Shown here: one piece after another, positions 45,331 to 53,372 of the stretch
Numbering within the stretch: the stretch's first letter is position 1
Layout of the letters: the number at the start of each line of letters is the position of its first letter
Assembly: GCA_963702475.1 (NCBI GenBank)
Contig: CAVPCT010000005.1
Coordinates: 672,001-736,000 of the forward strand
Length of the DNA stretch: 64,000 nucleotides
Source: an uncultured Thermoleophilia bacterium
Lineage (GTDB): Bacteria > Actinomycetota > Thermoleophilia > UBA2241
Direction: 5' to 3'
The notes under the pieces: model-generated
Database searches by the model: none
Seen by the model: only the letters and a program-made list of their open reading frames with translations
What the model was told of the DNA's origin: nothing
Translations under genes and position numbers: made by a program

Positions 45331-45490
45331 GCTCAGTGACGTGTGCCCCTGCGGCGCACCCGTCGTCGAGCCCTCTCCCGTCGCTCATTGACGGGTGCCC
45401 TTCGCCGCACCCGTCGTTGAGCCCTCTCCCGTCGCTCATTGACGGGTGCCCTTCGCCGCACCCGTCGTTGAGCCCGCCTCGTCGCTCAAT
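45331..45490. repeat. Tandem array of about 51-nt palindromic units (two identical, one degenerate, one partial)
   Basis: gctcattgacgggtgcccttcgccgcacccgtcgttgagc at 45383-45422 and 45434-45473; degenerate copy at 45331-45371. Confidence 0.85.
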
Positions 45491-47012
45491 CTCTCGCCTC
45501 GATGCGCGGGAACAGCGGCGGCCCGGCGACCACGTCGGCAGGCACCAGCGCGCCCCACTGCGCCTTCTCAAGCAGCAGGTCGGCGTCGCCGTGCGGCTGG
45601 CCGAGGCGACGCAATACCTCCTCGGCCGTGCCCGGCATCACCGGGTACAGCGCCACGGCGACCAGACGCAGGCCGGCGGCGAGCGCGTGCAGCACGGCGT
45701 CGAGCCGCTCCGCCTGCGCCGCGTCCTTGGCGAGCTTCCACGGCGCCTCTTCTTCCACAAGACGGTTGAGGCGCCGCACCAGCTCCCACGCGCTCTCGAT
45801 CGCTCCCGTGACCTCGAGCGCGTCGTACCGCTCGCCGGCTGCCCGCACGGCGGCCTCGCCCTCCTCCGCGAGGCGGGCCAGCGGCCCGCCGTCCACGGCC
45901 GGGATACGCCCGTCGGCGTACTTGCCGATCATGCTCACGCTGCGGCTCACGAGGTTGCCGAGTTCGTTGGCCAGCTCGGTGTTGTAGCGCTGCTCGAAGC
46001 CGTCCATGCCGATGGTGCCGTCCTGACCCAGCATGACCTCGCGCATGAGGTAGTAGCGCAGCGGGTCGATGCCGAACTGCTCCATGACGGCGAACGGATC
46101 GAGCACGTTGCCGCGCGTCTTGCTCATCTTCTCGCCGCCCATGATGAGGTAGCCGTGGATGAGCTCGGCTTCGGGCACGGCGTAGCCGGCGCTCATGAGA
46201 AGGGCCGGCCAGATGACGGCGTGGAACTTGAGGATGTCCTTGGCCATCACGTGCAGCTGGGCCGGCCAGTACTTCTCCAGCAGATCCTCACCGGGACGCG
46301 CGTACGTGAGCGCCGAGACGTAGTTGATGAGCGCGTCGACCCACACGTAGATGGTCTGATCCTCGTCCCACGGCACCGGCACGCCCCAGGTGATGCTGGA
46401 ACGGCTGATGGAGATGTCGTCGAGCCCCTGCTCGATGAACGACAGCGCCTCGTTGTAGCGCGACCTGGGCTTCACGTAGTCGGGGTGCGCACGGAAGAAC
46501 GCGGAGAGGCGATCCTGGTACCTGCTGAGCAGGAAGTAGTAGTTCTCCTCCTCCAGCCAGGTGGGCTTGATGCCGTGCTGCGGGCAGGTGCCGTCGGCCG
46601 CCAGGTCGCGCTCGTACCAGAAGCCCTCGCAGGCGGTGCAGTACAGGCCGCCGTAGGTGCGCTTCTCGATGTCGCCCGACGCCCTCATGCGCTCCACGAA
46701 CTGCTGCACGAACGCCTCGTGCTCGGAGTCGGTGGTACGGATGAAGAAGTCGTTGGAGGCGTTGAGCTGCTTCGCCAGGTCGCGGAAGCGCGGTGCGAGC
46801 TCGTCCACGTGCTGCCGCGGCGTGAGGCCCCGCTCGGCCGCGGCCTGGGCCACCTTGTTGCCGTGCTCGTCCACGCCGGTGAGGAAGAAGACGTCGTCGC
46901 CCTTCTGACGGTGGTACCGCGCGAGCACATCGGTGGCGATGGTGGTGTAGGCGTGCCCCAGGTGCGGGTCGCCGTTGACGTAGTAGATGGGTGTGGTGAT
47001 GTAGAAGCGCAT
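45486..47012 (-). CDS. metG: Methionine-tRNA ligase
   Basis: YITTPIYYVN, HLGH, GVDEHG, YVWVDAL, KMSKT. Confidence 0.97.
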   Translation of the reverse strand: MRFYITTPIYYVNGDPHLGHAYTTIATDVLARYHRQKGDDVFFLTGVDEHGNKVAQAAAERGLTPRQHVDELAPRFRDLAKQLNASNDFFIRTTDSEHEAFVQQFVERMRASGDIEKRTYGGLYCTACEGFWYERDLAADGTCPQHGIKPTWLEEENYYFLLSRYQDRLSAFFRAHPDYVKPRSRYNEALSFIEQGLDDISISRSSITWGVPVPWDEDQTIYVWVDALINYVSALTYARPGEDLLEKYWPAQLHVMAKDILKFHAVIWPALLMSAGYAVPEAELIHGYLIMGGEKMSKTRGNVLDPFAVMEQFGIDPLRYYLMREVMLGQDGTIGMDGFEQRYNTELANELGNLVSRSVSMIGKYADGRIPAVDGGPLARLAEEGEAAVRAAGERYDALEVTGAIESAWELVRRLNRLVEEEAPWKLAKDAAQAERLDAVLHALAAGLRLVAVALYPVMPGTAEEVLRRLGQPHGDADLLLEKAQWGALVPADVVAGPPLFPRIEARD

Positions 47013-47017
47013 CCGTC

Positions 47018-47599
47018 TCAGTCTACTTCTTCTGCGGGTTTGAGGGACTTGGCCGCCTGGCCGTAGCTGCCGAGGCGCTCGCCCAGCGACCAGTATTCCC
47101 CCTCGGCGTAGGCGAAGGCGTCGAGCGCGGCGACCTTGAGCCGGCCGCGCGAGTCCACGACGTCCTCGTCGTACTGCACCGCGACGACTTCGGCGATGAA
47201 GAGGTCGTGGACGCCCAGCAGCAGCTGATGGCGGACGACGCACTCGATGTTCACGGGGCATTCTGTGATGAGCGGCGCCCCGACCTTGGAGGCCGACGCC
47301 GCCGTGAACCCGAGCTCCTTGAACTTGTCGTGGTCCTTGCCGGAGATCACGCCGGCCGCGTCGACCTTGGCGACCTGCCCGGCGCGCGGGATGTTGACGA
47401 CGAACTCGCGCGCCGCGTTCACGAGCCCGTGCGAGTGCCGCGACGGGCGGATGGCCACACTGATCATGGGTGGCTGCGAACAGACGACGCCCACCCAGGC
47501 GAGCGTGATCATGTTGGGCTTCTTGCCCTCGCCGGCGACCGACAGCAGCACGACGGGCGTCGGCAGGAGCGGGGTGGACGGCTTGCGCGTGATCTTCAT
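47018..47599 (-). CDS. Flavin reductase-like FMN-binding protein
   Basis: PTPVVL, PPMISVAIRP.RHS, FVVNIP, SGK..DKF, APLITECP..IEC. Confidence 0.85.
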   Translation of the reverse strand: MKITRKPSTPLLPTPVVLLSVAGEGKKPNMITLAWVGVVCSQPPMISVAIRPSRHSHGLVNAAREFVVNIPRAGQVAKVDAAGVISGKDHDKFKELGFTAASASKVGAPLITECPVNIECVVRHQLLLGVHDLFIAEVVAVQYDEDVVDSRGRLKVAALDAFAYAEGEYWSLGERLGSYGQAAKSLKPAEEVD

Positions 47600-47745
47600 G
47601 CCGGGCTCCCTGGTCGGGTGTTGTGGGGCGGAGGGGGCGGCTGAGACCCGGGACTCCGCCCGCAATCGTATCGCACTCGGTAATTCGCACTGCACTAGCG
47701 CTCGAACAACGACATTCGTAGAATGCAGGGGTCGAAGGGAGCAGC

Positions 47746-48219
47746 ATGCGCAGGCAGGCACTGGACCAGACCGACGTCGCCATCATCGGCCACCTGCAGG
47801 CCGACGGCCGCCGCGCGTTCACCGCGATCGCCAAGGATCTGGGCATCTCGGAGGCGAGCGTGCGCCAGCGGGTCTCGCGGCTCCTGCAGAGCAACGTCAT
47901 CCAGATCGTCGCCGTGAGCAGCCCGCTCGACCTGGGCCTCATGTGGGCCCAGGTGCAGCTGCGGGTGCGCGGCGACCGCGTCGAGGAGGTGGCCGGGGCG
48001 GTGGCAGCGCTGCCGCAGGTGGACTTCGTCAGCGTCTGCGCCGGCGACGTGGACATCATCGCCGGCGTGGTCGCCCACGACCGCGAGGAGCTTTACGACG
48101 TGCTCGTCAACGACATCCGCGGTATCCCCGGCATCGAACAGGCCGACATGGTGCTGCACTTGCGCGTGCTCAAGGACACCTACGAGTGGTCGCCTGGCAG
48201 ACGCACCGAGCGGCCGTGA
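47746..48219 (+). CDS. Lrp/AsnC family transcriptional regulator
   Basis: LDQTD..I..LQADGR..IAKDLGISEASVRQRV; C-terminal RAM-like domain. Confidence 0.9.
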   Translation: MRRQALDQTDVAIIGHLQADGRRAFTAIAKDLGISEASVRQRVSRLLQSNVIQIVAVSSPLDLGLMWAQVQLRVRGDRVEEVAGAVAALPQVDFVSVCAGDVDIIAGVVAHDREELYDVLVNDIRGIPGIEQADMVLHLRVLKDTYEWSPGRRTERP

Positions 48220-48232
48220 GGAGCTGAGAGCC

Positions 48233-49618
48233 ATGGGCGACCAGACACGCCCCCACGTCCACACGCCGCCGCCGGGACCCCGCAGCCAGGCGCTGTTCAA
48301 GAGGGCCGACGACATCATGCTCGGCGTCTCCCTCATCGGGAGCTGGCCGCCGAGCCACTTCGTCGGCCGCTACCGCGACGGCTGGTTCCTCGAGGACGTC
48401 GACGGCAACCGCTACATCGACTGGCTCGCCGGCTGGGCTTCGTCCCCGCTCGGCGGCAACCACCCCGAGCTGGTCGAGGCCGCGCACACGGCCCTCAAGG
48501 AGTACGGCACGGAGTGTCTCTCCTCGCTGACGGTCTGGCACCAGTACGAGCTCGCCGAGCGCCTGGTCGAGATCGCCCCCAGGCCGCTCACCAAGGTCGT
48601 CTACGACACCACCGGCAGCGAGGTCGTGGAGAACGCCGTGCGCATCATGCGCGAAGCCGCCGGGCCGGGCCGCCCCTTCGTCATCACCTTCCTGGGCAGC
48701 TTCCACGGCGGCAACTACGGCACCGGCGCCATGGGCCCGCACAACGCTCACTACAACCACGCCATCGAGCCGTTCATGAGCGGCTGGATCAACGTCCCCT
48801 TCCCCACCTGTTACCGCTGCCCGTTCCACCTCGAGCACCCGGCGTGCGACCTCGCCTGCCTCGAGTTCATCGAGGAGACGATCCTGCGGTACAAGGCGAC
48901 GCCCGAGAGCATCGCAGGCGTCGCCGTCGAGTTCATCCAGGGTGAGAACGGCATCCAGATCCCGCCCCCGGAGTGGCCCAAGCGCCTGTCCGACCTCTGC
49001 AAGAAGTACGGCTGGATCCTCTACAACGACGAGGTCCAGGAGGGCATGGGCCGCTGCGGCGACTGGTTCCTGATCGACCAGTACCCCGGCGTCGAAGCCG
49101 AGCTTCTGTCGCTCGGCAAGGGCACGTCGGGCGGCCTCATCCCCATCTGCTACACGCTCGGGTCCGACCGCATGAGCGAGCCGGCCGGCGAGCTGTACAC
49201 GGGAGGCACGTTCGCCGGCTCGCCCGTGGGCTGCGCCGTGGGCATCAAGCTCATGGAGATCATCAGGCGGGACAACGTGCTGGACAACGTCAAGGAGCTC
49301 GAGCGCATCGCCCGGACGAAGCTCGGCGTCATGAAGGAGAAGTACGAGATCGTCGGCGACGTGCGTGTCAAGGGCTGCTACCAGTGCGTGGAGTTCGTCG
49401 AGGACAAGGAGTCGAAGACGCCGGCGCACGACCTGACGCGTGAGGTGGTGTACGCGATGGAGCGGCGCGGCGTGATCCCGATCTACGAGCCGGCGTTCAA
49501 CTGGTTCAGGCCCACGCCGGCGCTCAACATGCCGCCCGAGCTGTTCGCCCTGGGCTGCGACATCGTGGAAGAATGCGTGGCCGAGGTGAGCAGGGAGCAC
49601 GCCAAGGGCATCGCCTGA
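48233..49618 (+). CDS. Class III PLP aminotransferase (GABA/putrescine-type)
   Basis: DVDGNRYID, GSEVVENA, FHG, EFIQGENG, DEVQEGMGR, GKG, TFAGSP. Confidence 0.9.
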   Translation: MGDQTRPHVHTPPPGPRSQALFKRADDIMLGVSLIGSWPPSHFVGRYRDGWFLEDVDGNRYIDWLAGWASSPLGGNHPELVEAAHTALKEYGTECLSSLTVWHQYELAERLVEIAPRPLTKVVYDTTGSEVVENAVRIMREAAGPGRPFVITFLGSFHGGNYGTGAMGPHNAHYNHAIEPFMSGWINVPFPTCYRCPFHLEHPACDLACLEFIEETILRYKATPESIAGVAVEFIQGENGIQIPPPEWPKRLSDLCKKYGWILYNDEVQEGMGRCGDWFLIDQYPGVEAELLSLGKGTSGGLIPICYTLGSDRMSEPAGELYTGGTFAGSPVGCAVGIKLMEIIRRDNVLDNVKELERIARTKLGVMKEKYEIVGDVRVKGCYQCVEFVEDKESKTPAHDLTREVVYAMERRGVIPIYEPAFNWFRPTPALNMPPELFALGCDIVEECVAEVSREHAKGIA

Positions 49619-49680
49619 GCGTGCGGGCCGCATCCGCAGGCCACGACGACAGACGCGTCACGCGCCAGGAGGCACGACCG

Positions 49681-50640
49681 ATGACGTACCAGGAGCTGCC
49701 GTTCGCCGGCATCGCGACCTTCTTCAAAGCGCCGCACGTGGCGCAGCCCACTCGCGACGAAGCCGATGTGGCGGTGCTCGGCGTCCCCTGGGACCTGGGG
49801 ACGACGAGCCGTTCCGGGGCGCGCATGGGGCCGCGCGCGCTGCGCGAGGCGTCCACGATGTACGCGTTTCGCGACGACCTCGAGCCGCTCTACGACGGCG
49901 AGGCCGGGGTCAAGCTCATGGGCGGCGTACGGTGGGCCGACGCGGGCGATGTCGCACTCGGGCCCATGTGGCTCACCGACCGCTACCACGAGGCCGTGCG
50001 CGAGCGTCTGCTGCCGATCCTGGAGGCGGGCCTCCTTCCCGTCACCCTGGGCGGCGACCATTCGATCACCTACCCGCTCCTCAAGACGCTGTACGAGGCG
50101 CGCGGCGAGCGCCCCTTCCAGCTCGTGCAGTTCGACACGCACATGGACTACTGGGACGAGGAGGGCGGCGAACGCTACTCGCACGCGAGCCCGATCATCC
50201 GCAGTCACGAGGCGGGCTGGCTGACCGGCCTCACCCAGTACGGCATCCGCAGCCTGCACACGGCCGGCGACAACATCGGTCTCGCCCGCCGCCGCGGCGC
50301 CCGCATCTTCTGGGCCGAGCAGGCCAAGGACATGCAGCCGGCCGAGCTGGTCGAACACCTCGAGCCGGGCGTCGACACGTATGTCACGTTCGACATCGAC
50401 GCCCTCGACCCGGCCATCGCGCCCGGCACCGGCACGCCCGAGCCGGGCGGCTTCAGCTACTACGAGGCCAAGGGGATCCTCCTGGCCGTCTGCGCCCGCT
50501 GCAACGTCATCGGCATGGACCTCGTCGAGGTGGCGCCGATGTACGACGGTCCGGGCCAGCTCACGGCGTTGCACGGCGCCCGCCTCATCCTCGACGCCGT
50601 GGGCGCCGTGTTCCGCCGGCGCGCCCAGCTGGCGAGCTGA
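49681..50640 (+). CDS. speB: Agmatinase/ureohydrolase family protein
   Basis: GARMGPRALR, GGDHSIT, FDTHMD, TFDIDALDP..APGTGTP, DLVEVAP. Confidence 0.8.
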   Translation: MTYQELPFAGIATFFKAPHVAQPTRDEADVAVLGVPWDLGTTSRSGARMGPRALREASTMYAFRDDLEPLYDGEAGVKLMGGVRWADAGDVALGPMWLTDRYHEAVRERLLPILEAGLLPVTLGGDHSITYPLLKTLYEARGERPFQLVQFDTHMDYWDEEGGERYSHASPIIRSHEAGWLTGLTQYGIRSLHTAGDNIGLARRRGARIFWAEQAKDMQPAELVEHLEPGVDTYVTFDIDALDPAIAPGTGTPEPGGFSYYEAKGILLAVCARCNVIGMDLVEVAPMYDGPGQLTALHGARLILDAVGAVFRRRAQLAS

Positions 50641-50725
50641 CGCACCGCGAACCGCGCTCGCGCGATGCCGCGCGGACGCCCTCGGCCGCACCGGGGTCTC
50701 GCTCCGGCCGCGCCGCCTCAACGAG

Positions 50726-51238
50726 CTACGTGGCTCGATCCTCCGCGGTGGCGACGCGCAGGCGGCGGCGCGCCGTCCCGAGAAGCTGGGAGACGCGCGA
50801 CTCATGCACGCCCAGGTCGCGCGCTATCTGCTTGTGAGGAACGCCGGCGGCGTGCTGCAGGACCACCCGCCGCAGCCGGCCGCGAAGGCAGGCGATGGCG
50901 GCCAGCAGGTCCAGGTGACCGTCCGGCGCCACGGCGTGGGGGTCGGGGAACGTCTCTGCCATCTTGTCCGGGTCCCACGGCGCCTCGAGGTCCTCCCAGC
51001 GCGTGGTGAACGTGGAGCGGGCGCGACACGCGTCGCGCAGCGCGCCCCTGACGCGCCAGAACGCATAGCCGGCGAAGGGGACGCCGCGCCGCGGGTCGAA
51101 CCGGCGGCCGGCCTCGACCAGGGCCACGGCGCCGACGCCGAGAGCGTCATCGGCGCCGAGAGGCGTCCTCGCATAGCGCGAGGCCATCTTTCGCAGCATC
51201 GGCAGTGCCGCAAGGATCTGCTCGTCACTCGCACCCAT
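50726..51238 (-). CDS. Short sigma-70 factor with FliA/WhiG-like regions 2 and 4 and no region 3
   Basis: RFDPRRGVPFAGYAFWRVRGALRD and IARDLGVHESRVSQL; aggagg RBS before ATG 51238. Confidence 0.75.
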   Translation of the reverse strand: MGASDEQILAALPMLRKMASRYARTPLGADDALGVGAVALVEAGRRFDPRRGVPFAGYAFWRVRGALRDACRARSTFTTRWEDLEAPWDPDKMAETFPDPHAVAPDGHLDLLAAIACLRGRLRRVVLQHAAGVPHKQIARDLGVHESRVSQLLGTARRRLRVATAEDRAT

Positions 51239-51425
51239 CAGGCGTGCCCTCCTGCTCGGGTCCTGCGCGCTCACACTGGAGCGCGACGGTCTCGTCCGGG
51301 CACGGCACGGCCGGCCTCGTGGACGGCACGAGTGCCCGGGTGGTGGAGGTCTTGCTTGACTGCGTGGTGAGTCTGGCGACGTCGTCCTGCGTAGCGGACC
51401 GGGGAACGGACGCCCGGTCCGGGGC

Positions 51426-51454
51426 AGTCTCTTGGCCCCTCAGGACGATGTCAA
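51426..51454 (-). promoter_or_regulatory. Putative promoter for the sigma gene
   Basis: TTGACA-N17-GAGACT. Confidence 0.45.
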
Positions 51455-51518
51455 CCAGACGACGCCCGTACGAGAAACTCAGTCCGACGGCGAGGTCAGA
51501 CGGAGTACGAGGACGAGG

Positions 51519-52973
51519 TCATGCCGGCAACGAGACGCTGAAAGTCGAGCCCTCACCGACGACGCCGGCCACGTCCAGACGGCCGCCGGCCCGCTCCACG
51601 AGACGCTTCACGATGGAGAGTCCGAGGCCGTTGCCCTCGAGCTCTCGCGTCTCGTCGCGCTTCTCGCGGAAGAACTCGTCGAACAGCCGGCCTAGGTTCT
51701 CCTCCCTGATACCGATGCCGGTGTCCGCCACCTCCAGGCGCAGCCAGCCGTCAAGGACCGCCCCTCGCACCGTCACGGAACCGCCGTCGCGGTTGTATTT
51801 CACGGCATTGCCGACGAGGTTGCTGAGCACCAGGCGGAGGTCGTCGGGGCGGATGAGCACGGGAGGCGGATCCGCCGGCAGCTCGACGGTGACGGTCACG
51901 CCGCGTTGCGCGCCGCGCTCGCGCCCGAGCTCGGCGACCTCTTCCACCAACGGGGCGAGCGCCACGAGCTCGGGCTCGTCGCCTTCCGGCGCCTGCTCGC
52001 TGCGCGCGAGCGTGAGCAGGTCACGGATGAGCTCCACGAGGTCGTCGATGCGATGGTCGGCGCGGCCCACGAGCGGCAGGTACGGGTCGAGCTCATCGCC
52101 CAGGCTCTTGTCGATCACCACCTCGAGCAGTCCCTTGATCGAGCCCAGCGGGCTCTTGAGCTCGTGGACCATGGTGCGGATGAACCTCTGCTTCTCCATG
52201 GCGAGTCGCCGGACCTCGCTGATGTCGCTCAGCGTGAGGATGCGTCCGCGCGCCTCGCCGTCCTCGCCCGCGAAGGTGACGATGCTCGCCATCCAGGTCC
52301 GCTCCCCGAGCTCGAGCTGGCGCACGGTGCGGTCCCTGGCCGGCGCCGCCAGCTGCTCGGCCAGCGGCGCCAGGGCGCCGCCCGCGAGCAGCTCCCGCGC
52401 CGGCCGCATGAGCGCGCCCTCCTCCCCCACACCCAGCACCTCGAGCATCGGCGGGTTGGCGAGGACGACGTCGCCGTGGCGGTTGACCACCAGGACGGCG
52501 TCGCGCAGCGAGCTGACCAGGGAGTGCGTCTGGGTCTTCTCCTCGGCCAGGGCGAGCAGGCTCGCCTCGTGTTCGGCGCGCAGGCGCTCGGCTTCCGCCC
52601 GCGCCTGCCTGTGCCGCAGCAGCGTGGCCACGACGCCCTCGAGGTCTTCGGGGCTGAACGGCTTGGGCAGGAAGAAATCGACGCCCTGCCGGGTGGCCGC
52701 CACGGCGGTGTCGATGTTGGCGTAGGCCGTGATCATGCAGACCATGGCGTCGCAGCCGCGCTGCTTCATGGTCCGCAGCAGGCTGAGTCCGTCGGTGTCG
52801 GGCAGGCGGTAGTCGAGCAGGGCGACGTCGTAGTCGCGCTCCTCGAGCGCGGCCAGCGCGGCCGCGCCGTCGCCGGCCTCGCCCACGTCGTAGCCCTCCA
52901 TCTCGAGGATGGTGCGGATGCCGCTGCGCACTCCGTACTCGTCGTCGACGACGAGGATGCTGCCCGCGCTCAT
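51519..52973 (-). CDS. Hybrid receiver-PAS-histidine kinase
   Basis: REC (VVDDE, LLDY, KPF), PAS-like segment, HELKSPL, N-box GNAVKYN, DTGIGI, GNGLGL. Confidence 0.9.
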   Translation of the reverse strand: MSAGSILVVDDEYGVRSGIRTILEMEGYDVGEAGDGAAALAALEERDYDVALLDYRLPDTDGLSLLRTMKQRGCDAMVCMITAYANIDTAVAATRQGVDFFLPKPFSPEDLEGVVATLLRHRQARAEAERLRAEHEASLLALAEEKTQTHSLVSSLRDAVLVVNRHGDVVLANPPMLEVLGVGEEGALMRPARELLAGGALAPLAEQLAAPARDRTVRQLELGERTWMASIVTFAGEDGEARGRILTLSDISEVRRLAMEKQRFIRTMVHELKSPLGSIKGLLEVVIDKSLGDELDPYLPLVGRADHRIDDLVELIRDLLTLARSEQAPEGDEPELVALAPLVEEVAELGRERGAQRGVTVTVELPADPPPVLIRPDDLRLVLSNLVGNAVKYNRDGGSVTVRGAVLDGWLRLEVADTGIGIREENLGRLFDEFFREKRDETRELEGNGLGLSIVKRLVERAGGRLDVAGVVGEGSTFSVSLPA

Positions 52974-53368
52974 GCCGACGCCACTTCCTCGATGACGGCG
53001 AGCACCTGGGCGCCGGTCACCGGCTTGTCCAGGAACCTGGCCAAGCCGGACCAGGCGCGCAGTCCCGCGGCCTCGCCGTCGAACCGCGTGCCCGTCTCGG
53101 CCGCGACCCCGCTCAGCATGACCAGCGGAACGCCGGCGAGCCGCTCGTCCTTGCCGATGCGATAGCCGAGCCGAAAGCCGTCGTCGATGTGCTCCATCAT
53201 CAGGTCGAGGAAGATCACCGCCGGGGTCTCGCCCTCGAGCACCCGCAGGGCGTCGTCGGGGGACTCGGCCGTCAACACGCGGTAGCCGCGCGCCTCCAGG
53301 AACAGGCGCTTGCCGTCCAGGAAGTCCCGGTCGTCGTCCACGAACAGGACGGTGGTCGGCGTCGTCAT
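52970..53368 (-). CDS. Stand-alone response regulator receiver
   Basis: FVDDD, LDLMME, MLSG, DKPV; no output domain. Confidence 0.88.
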   Translation of the reverse strand: MTTPTTVLFVDDDRDFLDGKRLFLEARGYRVLTAESPDDALRVLEGETPAVIFLDLMMEHIDDGFRLGYRIGKDERLAGVPLVMLSGVAAETGTRFDGEAAGLRAWSGLARFLDKPVTGAQVLAVIEEVASA

Positions 53369-53372
53369 GGGG

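Noticed and set aside
45331-45490. Mini CRISPR array
   Set aside because: The sequences between palindromes are identical 11-nt linkers rather than unique spacers, and no cas genes are present
45486-48059. 857-aa extended MetG ORF
   Set aside because: The upstream part overlaps the flavin reductase and Lrp genes; MetG homology begins at ATG 47012
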